64,000 bases of DNA from Aerosakkonema funiforme BLCC-F2 (GCF_041929185.1 NZ_JBHFNO010000043.1), one strand, 5' to 3'. Positions 19,137 to 29,048 are shown, counted from the first letter of the stretch. Numbers and translations are program-made. Notes: a model not told the origin generated them from the letters alone.

Positions 19137-19523
19137 TCTACGCTTCATACAAAAGTACTGCGCGAAGGGCGATAAAATTTGGCGATCTAGTCAGTACGCA
19201 AGTTTTTTTGACGGGTTTTAGTGTAGCAATAGATGAATTTTTAGCTTGAGTTTGGTAGTTTGTGCAACTGAGGGAAGTTGAAGTTGGATTGCAGCAAAGT
19301 AAATCGTATGTTCATTATTGATAGGTCGCGTTTCATGGCAATAAACTATCAACAATGAACAACAAACAGCCCTCAAAAAAGTTACTCTTTCTCTGAGACA
19401 GTTATTTGTTACATAAATTGTGAACTTTTATTACGATATCTTAAAAAAAATATTGCAAACGTAGCCAAAACCGAATCTAAACTTTAACGTAGAAACTTAT
19501 AGCAATGTTACGAGGAAAATGTC

Positions 19524-19835
19524 ATGGATAAATTACAAAGATATCGCATGGTCTGCACTCTTACCTTTGGCGACATATACGGTCAAATCGTTATTTGGTT
19601 AATCGTCATTTTCTTGAGTTTAGCCTCCGCGCTTGCCCTATGGAGTAGCAGCCGCCACATTTATGCCCTAGCCACAGTTGGACTTATTCTCGTATTGTCT
19701 CTGCCCTTCTTGCTATTTGCCTTCGTGAGCACACTGCTGAACCATATTGAATTTGTCCCTTTAGGGCAAGAGGAAACAACTCGAACAAGCCCAGTAGCGG
19801 CACCTAATCAGGAAACCTTACGAGTAACCACATAA
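19524..19835 (+). CDS. Small hypothetical membrane protein (2-3 TM)
   Basis: ORF with hydrophobic helices only; no similarity recognised. Confidence 0.3.
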   Translation: MDKLQRYRMVCTLTFGDIYGQIVIWLIVIFLSLASALALWSSSRHIYALATVGLILVLSLPFLLFAFVSTLLNHIEFVPLGQEETTRTSPVAAPNQETLRVTT

Positions 19836-19988
19836 GCGGTCATGAGTAAACGATCGACAGTCAACAGTCAGCGGTCAGTAGAAAATATCACTTACAACTA
19901 ACAACTGGCATCTGACATTGGCCAGATTTGTAAAGAACTTTCCCGCTTTTTGTTGGGGAAGTTTTTATTTGAGTGACCATAGATTAGG

Positions 19989-21737
19989 ATGACAGATATC
20001 AAACAAAATATGTTAGAACACGATGTAATTATAGTTGGCGGTGGATTGGCTGGGTGTCGCGCTGCTGTAGAGATTGCTCGCATCGATCCCAAACTCAGTG
20101 TAGCTGTAGTCGCTAAAACTCACCCGATTCGATCGCACTCTGTCGCCGCCCAAGGTGGTATGGCTGCTACCCTAAATAATGTCGATCCAGACGATACCTG
20201 GGAAGCCCACGCTTTCGATACGGTCAAAGGTTCCGACTATCTCGCAGACCAAGATGCGGTGGCAATTCTTACCCGCGAAGCACCAGATGTCATCATCGAC
20301 TTGGAACATATGGGTGTGCTGTTCTCCCGTTTGCCAGACGGACGCATCGCCCAACGCGCTTTCGGCGGACATTCCCATCGCCGCACTTGCTACGCCGCCG
20401 ATAAGACCGGTCACGCGATTCTGCACGAGTTGGTTAACAATCTCAGGCGTTACGGTGTTCATATTTACGATGAGTGGTACGTAATGCAACTGATTTTAGA
20501 AGATGCCCAGGCAAAAGGTGTGCTGATGTATCGCATCCGCGACGGGCATCTGGAGGTAGTTCGCGCTAAGGCGGTGATGTTTGCTACTGGGGGTTACGGT
20601 CGCGTTTTCAATACTACTTCCAATGACTATGCCTCTACGGGTGACGGTTTGGCAATGTCTGCCCTCGCGGGTGTGCCGTTGGAAGATATGGAATTTGTGC
20701 AGTTTCATCCCACAGGACTGTATCCGGTGGGGGTGCTGATTTCGGAAGCGGTGCGCGGTGAGGGTGCTTATCTTATTAATAGTGAGGGCGATCGCTTTAT
20801 GGCTAATTACGCCCCCAGCCGGATGGAATTGGCACCCCGCGATATTACATCAAGAGCGATCGCACGGGAAATCCAAGCGGGACGAGGCATTCATCCTGAT
20901 GGTTCTGCGGGTGGCCCCTTTGTCTACCTCGACTTGCGCCACATGGGTCGCGAAAAAATTATGAGTCGCGTTCCCTTCGCTTGGGAAGAATGTCATCGCC
21001 TCCTGGGTATCGACGCCGTGGAAGCACCAATGCGAGTCAGACCGACAGTTCACTATTCGATGGGCGGTATCCCAGTCAATACAGACGGACAAGTTCGCAG
21101 TGGCCCAGATGGTTTAGTGGAAGGATTTTTCGCGGCGGGAGAAGCTGCTTGCGTTTCCGTTCACGGCGCAAATCGACTGGGTAGCAACTCGCTGCTGGAA
21201 TGTGTGGTCTATGGCAGAAGGACTGGTGCAGCTTTAGCACAATACGTGCAAAAACGCAAGCTCCCGGACATCAATGAGCAACGCTACATTACAGAAGCAC
21301 AGAAACAAATTCGATCGCTCCTCGACCAAAAGGGAGAAATACGAATTGACAAGCTGCGTCAATCTTTGCAAGATTGTATGACTCAATACTGCGGCGTCTT
21401 TCGCACGGAGTCAGTTATGCGCGAAGGATTGGCAGAGTTACAGAAGTTACAGCAGCAATATCAGAATATCTACTTGGATGACAAAGGTAAACTTTGGAAC
21501 ACTGAGATTGTGGAAGCTTGGGAACTGCGTAGTTTGACGATCGTCGCTCAATTAATTCTCACATCTGCCCTCAATCGACAAGAAAGTCGCGGCGCTCATT
21601 ACCGGGAAGATTATGCCGAGCGCGATGACGAGAATTTCCTCAAGCACACACTAGCATACTATTCCCCTGCTGGCATCGACCTTCAATATAAACCTGTCAC
21701 AATTACCATGTTTGAGCCAAAAGAACGGAAATATTGA
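19989..21737 (+). CDS. sdhA: Succinate dehydrogenase / fumarate reductase flavoprotein subunit
   Basis: FAD dinucleotide fold [14 protein letters not shown], the covalent-FAD His context [13 protein letters not shown], and HPTG...RGEGA motifs. Length 582 aa. Confidence 0.9.
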   Translation: MTDIKQNMLEHDVIIVGGGLAGCRAAVEIARIDPKLSVAVVAKTHPIRSHSVAAQGGMAATLNNVDPDDTWEAHAFDTVKGSDYLADQDAVAILTREAPDVIIDLEHMGVLFSRLPDGRIAQRAFGGHSHRRTCYAADKTGHAILHELVNNLRRYGVHIYDEWYVMQLILEDAQAKGVLMYRIRDGHLEVVRAKAVMFATGGYGRVFNTTSNDYASTGDGLAMSALAGVPLEDMEFVQFHPTGLYPVGVLISEAVRGEGAYLINSEGDRFMANYAPSRMELAPRDITSRAIAREIQAGRGIHPDGSAGGPFVYLDLRHMGREKIMSRVPFAWEECHRLLGIDAVEAPMRVRPTVHYSMGGIPVNTDGQVRSGPDGLVEGFFAAGEAACVSVHGANRLGSNSLLECVVYGRRTGAALAQYVQKRKLPDINEQRYITEAQKQIRSLLDQKGEIRIDKLRQSLQDCMTQYCGVFRTESVMREGLAELQKLQQQYQNIYLDDKGKLWNTEIVEAWELRSLTIVAQLILTSALNRQESRGAHYREDYAERDDENFLKHTLAYYSPAGIDLQYKPVTITMFEPKERKY

Positions 21738-21762
21738 AGTTTGTCAGTTTTCAGTATTATTT

Positions 21763-21786
21763 GGGGTGGGCATTGCTCACCCTATA
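21763..21786. promoter_or_regulatory. Conserved palindrome GGGGTGGGCATTGCTCACCCTATA (copy 3 of 3), 26 nt after the sdhA stop
   Basis: Same motif as at 7368 and 14318. Confidence 0.5.
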
Positions 21787-21821
21787 ATTAAACATCAAGA
21801 AAACTGAGAAGGCAAATCTTG

Positions 21822-22013
21822 TCACTGAAAGTTATGATTATTTTCTTTTTCTAAATCTAAGATAACTTTGGCGACATCCTCAGCAATTTCTATAGCTTCC
21901 TGTACTGTTTTTCCTTCCGCAACCAAACCCTGTAAATCATCGCTGGTAGCGACAAAATATGCTTGCCCATCTTCAATGAACTTTTCAACCTTGAGTCTAA
22001 TTAGTGTTTGCAT
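21822..22013 (-). CDS. HicB-like (UPF0150) antitoxin-fold protein, orphan
   Basis: MQTLIRLKVEKFIEDGQAYFVATSDDLQGLVAEGKTVQEAIEIAEDVAKVIL fits the HicB N-terminal RNase-H-like domain consensus. No hicA-size ORF is adjacent. Confidence 0.5.
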   Translation of the reverse strand: MQTLIRLKVEKFIEDGQAYFVATSDDLQGLVAEGKTVQEAIEIAEDVAKVILDLEKENNHNFQ

Positions 22014-22142
22014 TTACTTAACGTTTCTCTTGAGGTAAATACGGAATCAGTAAATCCGATCGGTTCGATCGCATTCACTACTGATGAGTAATTATCCTAA
22101 TAACTTGGGATATTTAACATTATAGCAACTGCGATATCTGCC

Positions 22143-23189
22143 TCATAACTCATCCTCAATTTCCACATCCACCGCTTCTAACTCAGCTTCCAACTGCTCC
22201 ACAGTCGGCAAACTCCCTTGTAATCGCTCCGGTAATGCTTCTCTCAATTGATAAGTAGAAACCCCGATCGGCTTATTCATATCCCGCAAAGCATATTCGA
22301 CTATTTTTTGCTTTTTATTCTTACATAATATTATCCCAATAGTCGGCATATCATCCCAATGTTTCAGTAAATCATCCACTGCCGAAACGTAAAAATTCAT
22401 CTTCCCTGAAAACTATGGTTTAAACGCTTCTATCTTCAAATCTATTACCACGAAACAACGCAAACGTAAATGATAAAACAACAAATCGATATAAAAATCC
22501 TCCCCTTCAACCTCCAGATGATACTGACTGCCCACAAAAGCAAACCCCACGCCCAATTCCAGCAAAAAATCGCGGATGCGTTCGATTAAAGCCTTCTCTA
22601 ATTCTCGTTCTTGCGCTGCTTTCCCTAAACTGATAAAATCAAAGTTATAAGGGTCTTTCAATAACTGTTGAGCCAGTTCGGATTGGGGATTCGGGAGAGT
22701 ACGAGAAAAGTTAGTATCAGCTTTTCCTTGTCGCCGATATAGCCCACTTTCTATTTGATGGACTAATACATTTCGACTCCATCCTTGTTCGATCGTTTGA
22801 CGAATATACCACTCTCTCTCAACGGAATCTTTCACAGTATCCAAAATGCGGACATTATGCCCCCAAGGAATTTGTGCAACAACCTGTTGCACAAATTCAA
22901 AATCTCGGTAAGTTTCGGCAAAACTCCTCATATACTTGAGATTGCGAGATGAGAAACCTTTCATTTCAGGAAAAGCTTTTTGCAAGTCATTCGCCAAACG
23001 GTCTATAACTTTAGCACCCCATCCTTGTTGCTGCTGTCGATTTAAAATATCTTGTCCAATTTGCCAATAAAGTAACACTAATTCACGGTTAATAGAAAGT
23101 GCTGCCCGTACTTGTGCATTGCGGATGCGCTCTTTCAGTTCCCGCAGAAAATCATTATAATCTTCTGGAATTGATAAACTATTCGCCAT
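22143..23189 (-). pseudogene. YhcG/DUF1016 family PDDEXK nuclease gene interrupted by a single in-frame amber codon (TAG at 22413..22415)
   Basis: ORFs 22413..23189 and 22143..22400 are in the same frame. Read-through gives ...DLKIEAFKP*FSGKMNFYVSAVDDLL..., collinear with the family consensus ...EFKPE(Y/F)AGKMNFYL... The combined length of ~348 aa matches the family. Confidence 0.65.
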
Positions 23190-23414
23190 AGCCAGATCGA
23201 TCGCATTGATTACCGCTCGCCCATTATCCCCCGCTCCGCTCCATCACTGCATAGCTTCTTGGCATTTTTTCACAACCGCGTCAGGCGATCGCACTCATTC
23301 CGCAGCAGTCAGAGAAAAGGGTAGGGAGTGCGATCGCTTCCCAAATTTCTCTAAAAATGAATAGATAATGATAAAATACCCCCTTGTCCTCTCCCAGAAG
23401 ATAGATGTACAATT

Positions 23415-23585
23415 ATTTATGTAAAGAAGGGGAGTAGCTGCTAGCCAACCATTAAGCTAGCCCATCTGAATCAACATACTGGCGATGAGCCTGGTTCAGA
23501 TGACAAGTTTGTGAAGCTCTGACCGCTGTAGAGGTTGGGCTAAAGCATTTCAACACTTGCAAGCGAGACCTTCACTAAGTTCACA
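23415..23585 (+). ncRNA. Candidate yybP-ykoY (Mn2+) riboswitch in the 5' leader of the UPF0016 transporter gene
   Basis: The conserved L1 motif GGGGAGUAG is at 23429-23437. There are two internal hairpins (GCTAGC...GCTAGC; ATCTGAA...TTCAGAT) and an ACAUAC-like L3 segment (CAACATACTGG). A P1 closure GAAGG/CCTTC is possible. A downstream hairpin (GAGCTTGGTGAA/TTCATCAAGCTC) lies just 5' of the SD GAGGAG and the ATG at 23700. Confidence 0.45.
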
Positions 23586-23699
23586 TTTGAAGAGTTTTTA
23601 CGATCTCTTCAATCAAAAAGATGTGAGCTTGGTGAAGTGTTTTGGCATTCATCAAGCTCACTCAGGAAGAAGAGAAACACACCAGAGGAGTTTGAGAAA

Positions 23700-24317
23700 A
23701 TGCTGACAGCTTTTACCGCCGGTTTATTGCTGATTACAGTTTCGGAATTAGGGGATAAAACGTTTTTTATCGCTGCAATATTGGCAATGCGTCATTCGCG
23801 ACGGCTGGTATTTGCGGGCGCGATCGCAGCTTTAGCAGCAATGACGATATTGTCTGTTTTAGTCGGACAAACTGTGTCTCTTTTACCGAAACAGTACGTT
23901 CAATTCGCGGAAATAGCTTTGTTTGTCGGTTTTGGGCTAAAGTTATTGTACGAAGCCAGTAAAATGTCAGGCAAAGCCGAATGCGACGAAGCAGAAGAAG
24001 CATTAGCGGCAGTTAAAGAAGCAGAAGCGAAAATGCCTCGCCGCCAAAGCAAATTGGCGGTTTTACTCAAAGCTTTTACAATGACTTTTGTGGCGGAATG
24101 GGGCGATCGCACTCAATTTGCCACCATCACCCTAGCCGCCTCCTACAATGCGGTGGGAGTAACGACTGGTGCTATTTTAGGTCATGCCATTTGTGCGGCG
24201 ATCGCAGTCATGGGCGGACGCTTCATCGCCCAGCGAATTTCCGAACGCGCTATGACTGCTGTGGGAGGGTTGTTATTTTTGATCTTCGCCGCCGTAGCTT
24301 GGATAGAAGCTGTTTAG
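23700..24317 (+). CDS. UPF0016 / GDT1-TMEM165-Mnx family Mn2+/Ca2+:H+ transporter
   Basis: Two E-x-G-D-(K/R)-T motifs (ELGDKT, EWGDRT) in a 2x3-TM repeat. The start is taken at MLTAFTAGLL, which has a GAGGAG SD; the upstream part of the ORF-track ORF lies inside the leader hairpin. Confidence 0.8.
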   Translation: MLTAFTAGLLLITVSELGDKTFFIAAILAMRHSRRLVFAGAIAALAAMTILSVLVGQTVSLLPKQYVQFAEIALFVGFGLKLLYEASKMSGKAECDEAEEALAAVKEAEAKMPRRQSKLAVLLKAFTMTFVAEWGDRTQFATITLAASYNAVGVTTGAILGHAICAAIAVMGGRFIAQRISERAMTAVGGLLFLIFAAVAWIEAV

Positions 24318-24425
24318 GGGCTAGGGCGTCGGGGCTAGGGATTAGGGAAGAGGAAAAAGGAAAAAGGGAAAATATGAATTCTCCCACTCCCCCACTACCC
24401 CACTCCCCCACTCCCCCACTTTCTT
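24318..24425. repeat. Composite STR/hairpin element (GGGCTAG/GGGAAGA repeats, AAATATGAATTC, (CCCCACT)n)
   Basis: GGGCTAGGGCGTCGGGGCTAGGGATTAGGGAAGAGG..., then AAATATGAATTC, then TCCCACTCCCCCACTACCCCACTCCCCCACTCCCCCACT. Confidence 0.7.
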
Positions 24426-25426
24426 CAATTACCTTGTTCGGTGTTATCTGTATTCGAGTTACCATCTGGTGACTCTTCCGTTTCAGGGCTATCGGTGTCG
24501 GAGTTGCTATCGGGTGACTCTTGGACTTCCGGCGGTGGAGATGCAGATGCGAGCTGATTGATTTGGTCTTTATATTGAGCTGGAGCTAAAGACGCCGCAG
24601 AGGAAAACAGAGGTTGAGCTTCCTCATTTTTGCCTTGTTTTTGGAGTACGATCGCCTTAGCTAACACCGGACGAAAATCTTCCTTATCAGCTTTGATAGC
24701 TCGATCGAAAGCTGCGATCGCTTCTGGGTAGCTTTCCTGTTCCGCGTAAACTCTTCCCAGCATCAACCGCACCGAAACTTCATCCACAGTTTCCGGCTTA
24801 ATTTGATTCAGCTTGGGTGCATTATCCAGCGTATCTTGCAACAATCCGATCGCCGCTTGCGGACGTTGTTGATCGAGCAACAAGTTTACCAGTCCATCCA
24901 AAGCCTTGAGATCTCCTGGTTTAGACTCCAAAATCGTGCGATAAATCGTCGCTGCTCCTTCAATATCGCCAACTTGCTGCTTAGTTTGAGCTAGCAGCAC
25001 CGTGTATTCAGTTTGCTCCGGACTGAGTTTAGCGAGTTTTTCCAGGGGTTCGATCGTATCCTTTATACTACCCACTCCTAAGCGAACCAGTTCCAGCTTC
25101 GTGTCGATCAGTCCTTTGAGTGCAGTTCGATCGTCTGGTTTGCGCTGCAAAACCTGTTCGTAACCCCTAACCTGGATTTCCAGTTCTGCTTGCTTTGCTT
25201 GGGTTGACTCCACCGCAGGTGTCGCCGCCGTTGGGTCAGACGATTGCTCTTGCACAAAAGCTTGACTCAAAAAGGAAGACCTGCCAAGCAAAAATCCACC
25301 TACGGTAATCAATATCAGAAGTAACCCCGCACCTATTAACCAGCGATTGTTATTTTTGCTTTGGGCTACGCGATCGCGCTTTTGGGACACATGAGTGCTT
25401 TGAACTCTAACTAAAGACATTATCAA
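24425..25426 (-). CDS. Membrane-anchored TPR-repeat protein with S/P/T/D-rich C-terminal tail (paralog 1)
   Basis: N-terminal TM (WLIGAGLLLILITVGGFLL), TPR-like helical repeats, and a low-complexity tail. Collinear with 25452..26186. Confidence 0.6.
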   Translation of the reverse strand: MIMSLVRVQSTHVSQKRDRVAQSKNNNRWLIGAGLLLILITVGGFLLGRSSFLSQAFVQEQSSDPTAATPAVESTQAKQAELEIQVRGYEQVLQRKPDDRTALKGLIDTKLELVRLGVGSIKDTIEPLEKLAKLSPEQTEYTVLLAQTKQQVGDIEGAATIYRTILESKPGDLKALDGLVNLLLDQQRPQAAIGLLQDTLDNAPKLNQIKPETVDEVSVRLMLGRVYAEQESYPEAIAAFDRAIKADKEDFRPVLAKAIVLQKQGKNEEAQPLFSSAASLAPAQYKDQINQLASASPPPEVQESPDSNSDTDSPETEESPDGNSNTDNTEQGN

Positions 25427-25451
25427 GGCTGGGAAAGGATTGCCAGCAAAG

Positions 25452-26186
25452 CTAATTTTTTGCAGGAGTTGATTCTGGAGATGGGGTTGCTGCTGGTTTA
25501 ACAGAGCTATCTGTAGATGGAGAAGTAGATGGAGAAGTAGTCGAGTCAGGCTTGGGGGCTGAGGTTTGAGTTTGGATCTGTGCGATTTGGGCCTTAACTC
25601 GCTCTTTTAACTCAGGTGGTGCCAAATCCGCAGCACTAGCAAACAGAGGCTGTGCTTGTTCCGTTTTGCCTTGTTGTTGCAGCACAATCGCCTTAGCAAA
25701 CACCGGTCGAAAATCTTTTTTGTTGCTGTCGATCGCCTTATCCAGGAGCGCGATCGCCTCGTCGTAACGTTTCTGCTGAGTGTAAAAGCTTGCCAAGTCT
25801 ATCTGCACCCCAACGTCTTTAGGATTGAGCGAAGCCAGTTTTTCCATCGGTGCGATCGCATCTTTGATATCGCCCAATCCCAATCCAGCCATTTGTTGAC
25901 GAGTAGCGATCAATTGTCTCAGCGCCACTTGATTATCTGGTTCTCGCTGCAAAACCAGCTCGAAACCGTTCGCTCTAGCTTGCAGTTCCTCCTTTATCGC
26001 CGTCGCTTGCACCTGAGCGGATGTCGCCGATACCCCAGGCGAGCCCTGCTGAAAAGCCTGTATAAGGGGAACGATCGACGCCCCTACAAAAGGGATGATT
26101 CCAAAGATCATCATTCCCAAAATCAACCAGCGACGGAGTTTATCTGACACACAACTCTTTTGAACTCTAATCACATTATCAACCAT
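25452..26186 (-). CDS. Membrane-anchored TPR-repeat protein (paralog 2, tandem to 24425..25426)
   Basis: Shared blocks with paralog 1: LVLQREPDNQVALRQLI, DIKDAIAPMEKLASLNPKD, KKDFRPVFAKAIVLQQQGKTEQAQPLFASAADLAP. Confidence 0.6.
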   Translation of the reverse strand: MVDNVIRVQKSCVSDKLRRWLILGMMIFGIIPFVGASIVPLIQAFQQGSPGVSATSAQVQATAIKEELQARANGFELVLQREPDNQVALRQLIATRQQMAGLGLGDIKDAIAPMEKLASLNPKDVGVQIDLASFYTQQKRYDEAIALLDKAIDSNKKDFRPVFAKAIVLQQQGKTEQAQPLFASAADLAPPELKERVKAQIAQIQTQTSAPKPDSTTSPSTSPSTDSSVKPAATPSPESTPAKN

Positions 26187-26624
26187 AGAGAAAAAGGTAT
26201 AGTTAGCGCGGTCTGAGATTGAGATATTTCGCTCTGGTCATGGTTGGCAGTTTATTGTTAACTGCAATCAACCGCACCATAAACTACCACAAAGCCAAAA
26301 TGCCGTAGTCTCAAAGAAACTTTGCGGATTGCAGCGAAAATTAATTGCATTCAGTAGAATAGGCACGCCGATCTCATCATCGGTCCGCGAGCGCCAACGG
26401 CAGTACACCTGCGGCGACAGTCCTTGTCGGCGAAGTTCCCGCCCTGTGAACTCCGGAGGAACGCGAGAGCGAATAGAGTAGTAGATACTAGGTTTTGACT
26501 TCTGGCTAGTACAAGGGATTTGCAAAGGTTCTCGGTTATCGACCGGATTTCCTACCCAAGTCCAGTTTGTGCTTATCTCTCACTAGGAGCCAGAGGAAGT
26601 GTGTCTCCGCTGCAAGGAGTTCTT

Positions 26625-27665
26625 ATGAGTCCCTCTCCGAATCAGTTCCCCCAGTCTTCTAGCGGTTCCGAACAAGCTAAGGCCGAATTACCGGTCGTTC
26701 GTAAGCCCAATCCACCCAAGCCCCCTGTCACCCAAGCGGCTACCCCTCCTACTCCCCCGGCTACAGCACCTACACCACCGGCGGCTGCCTCCACGACCCA
26801 GGCTCCTACCCCTGCGATCGAGAAAAGCGATGCCAACATTTCTGGTGAGGTCATGGCGACTGAAACCGATAAGGATGGTGGGCGGCGGCAAGAGCCCATT
26901 CCGGCTCCCAGCGAACCGATGCAATATCGGGCCATTGGCTTAGTACGGGGCAAATATAGCCCCAGTGCAGAGCAATTTACGCGCGGTCTGTTACTAGCCT
27001 CTGATGGGCAGGAGATCGATTCTGTGCTGTTAGGTCGCGTAATGAGTCTGGTGAAGAATCACCTAGATTTAGAAACCGAACACCTGTGGGTAGTTTATCC
27101 GCGAACGCGACAAAATGATGATGCTTTACACCTTCAAATTGTGGGAGTTTGGGAACCAGAAAACCTTGACAAAAGTTTGTCTTCCACTGACGAGACATCG
27201 GCAAGCGATGTAACCGAAGCATCGAGATCGAGCAATTTAGAAGCTGAGAGTTCCCCCGTTGAAGATGGTTATTTTTCGATTCGCGGTGAGGTAGTTTATC
27301 AATCTCACGACGAACAAAAAATCATCGTCAAGATTAAGCAAGCACCGCGCAAGGAAGATGAAAAGCCCAAATTTTTTAAGCTCACACTCAAAGGTGTTTT
27401 GGAAAGAAAGGCTGTGGGATACTTCTGGGAATTCCATATCCAGCGACTGGCTAACGACCTCCTAATTCAGGAGGCCAAAGATATCGCATCCTTGCGTCCG
27501 AGTAAGCCCAGGAAACCTTTTAAAGGTAAAAAACCGGGTGGTAAAAAGTTTGGTAAATATCCAGGGCCAGGGGCTGGCAGCAATCGTCCAGTACCCGCAG
27601 GCGCTAAACCTCCCACCGAAAAGCCAATTCCTCGACCGACGAAACGTCAGCAACCGAGTACCTAA
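26625..27665 (+). CDS. Hypothetical protein with Pro/Thr/Ala-rich N-terminus and a Lys/Pro-rich basic C-terminus
   Basis: Start taken at MSPSPNQ. The central ~200 aa look globular (LVRGKYSPSAEQFTRGLLLASDGQEIDSVLLGRV...); no domain recognised. Confidence 0.5.
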   Translation: MSPSPNQFPQSSSGSEQAKAELPVVRKPNPPKPPVTQAATPPTPPATAPTPPAAASTTQAPTPAIEKSDANISGEVMATETDKDGGRRQEPIPAPSEPMQYRAIGLVRGKYSPSAEQFTRGLLLASDGQEIDSVLLGRVMSLVKNHLDLETEHLWVVYPRTRQNDDALHLQIVGVWEPENLDKSLSSTDETSASDVTEASRSSNLEAESSPVEDGYFSIRGEVVYQSHDEQKIIVKIKQAPRKEDEKPKFFKLTLKGVLERKAVGYFWEFHIQRLANDLLIQEAKDIASLRPSKPRKPFKGKKPGGKKFGKYPGPGAGSNRPVPAGAKPPTEKPIPRPTKRQQPST

Positions 27666-27845
27666 AAAAGTCAAAAGTCAAAAAAGGGAATAGGGGTTAG
27701 GGCGTCGGGGCTAGGGGAAGAGGGAAGAGGGAAGAGGGAAGAGGGAAGAGGGAAGAGGGAAATATTAATTCTTCTGCTCCCCTGCCCCCCTGCTCCCCTG
27801 CCCCCCTGCTCTCCTGCTCCCCCACTCCCCCACTCCCCCACGGGT
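27666..27845. repeat. Composite STR/hairpin element: (AAAGTCA)2, GGGNTAG units, (GGGAAGA)6, AAATATTAATTC, (CCCCTGC)n and (CCCCACT)3
   Basis: Longest copy of the element family. Homopurine/homopyrimidine mirror repeats flank a conserved AT core. Confidence 0.75.
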
Positions 27846-27848
27846 AGT

Positions 27849-29048
27849 TTACTCCAAAGCAATAGTTGCGCCCCATCGGTCTTGGGGTAAAAAAGACCGC
27901 TCCATTGGAATGGCAGCAACTCGTTCGCTGAGAGTGAATTTTCCTTCTTCAATCCACTGTTTCAACTCTAAAGCTACTTGCCGCGACAGATATATGCTGG
28001 CAAGAGGGGCAGATCTCACCTGTTTTCCCTCAATCGGAATGCGACCGGATTTTAATTGTGCGTAACTTACCAAACCAAAGGTAGGACGCACGCGGCGGGG
28101 AATGGAAAAATCTACTATCGGCGCTACTAAATCTTTGTCTTGTACGGCGCATTTTTCTACTACTTCCTCATGCAAAACAGGTAACGGTACACCTACGCCT
28201 AACATGAGGGAAGGGCCGTAATTTTTGAAGTAACAACCGCGCACCCAACGACGATTCATTTGTTTGGCATCTCCAACTAAGGCGAGGGTGGCGGCTGGAC
28301 CAATTGGTGTCTGATTTGACAATCGTTTTTGTAATGGGAAATGCTGAGTGCCTTCCCAAGCTACGTAACCGATTCCTCCGCCTAAGAAAATGCGAGTGCC
28401 AATGCCAATTAGTTGCAAATCTGGGTCGTTGAGGAGGGGGGAAATAGCACCTGGATTGGAGTAGACGGCGTTGGCAAGTCGAGGTTGCAAAGGGCCGAGG
28501 TAAGTATACAGAGGCCGATCGCCTCCATTCACTCCCACGATAAAGTTTTGATATAAATTGCGGGGATTGTAGAGATAAAATTGGTTAATTGTGTCGCGGG
28601 TGATGGTGGTTTCAAATGATGGGCGAGGATAGCAATCAGTTACCTGTCCGACCGCTCGCAATTGGATGGGTTTGCCAGCAATTAAATCTTCGATTACATG
28701 ACCGCCACCCCGTTCTTTGGATTCTGGATCGTCGCCTGCTTCCAACGTGCTAGGATAGTCTACGCTTTGGGTGGCTCCCAAATACAAATCTACTGCGCCA
28801 AATCCAGAATAAGCTAAGACTCCATCTAGCCAGCAGGAGCGAATTTTAATCGGTGGATCGGTGTGTCCTAAGTTAATTATTGCTCCGGAAGATTCCATCG
28901 GCTCAAAGGTGCCAGTGGTGATAACATCGACTTCTTTTGCAGTTTTGCTGATGCCAGCTTCTGCCACTCGCGCTTTTAATTCTTCGACGGTACAAACTAC
29001 CGCAGATTTTTTGGTAATTTTATCGTTTATTTCGGCAATTGTTCGCAT
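27849..29048 (-). CDS. DUF39 (COG1900) family protein, homolog of methanogen homocysteine-biosynthesis sulfur-incorporation enzyme
   Basis: MRTIAEINDKI..AVVCTVEELK...VDVITTGT...GGGHVIEDLIAGK...NPRNLYQNF is collinear with archaeal DUF39 proteins (MKTIxEINEKI...VDVVTT...GGGHV). It is a standalone domain of 399 aa. Confidence 0.6.
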   Translation of the reverse strand: MRTIAEINDKITKKSAVVCTVEELKARVAEAGISKTAKEVDVITTGTFEPMESSGAIINLGHTDPPIKIRSCWLDGVLAYSGFGAVDLYLGATQSVDYPSTLEAGDDPESKERGGGHVIEDLIAGKPIQLRAVGQVTDCYPRPSFETTITRDTINQFYLYNPRNLYQNFIVGVNGGDRPLYTYLGPLQPRLANAVYSNPGAISPLLNDPDLQLIGIGTRIFLGGGIGYVAWEGTQHFPLQKRLSNQTPIGPAATLALVGDAKQMNRRWVRGCYFKNYGPSLMLGVGVPLPVLHEEVVEKCAVQDKDLVAPIVDFSIPRRVRPTFGLVSYAQLKSGRIPIEGKQVRSAPLASIYLSRQVALELKQWIEEGKFTLSERVAAIPMERSFLPQDRWGATIALE

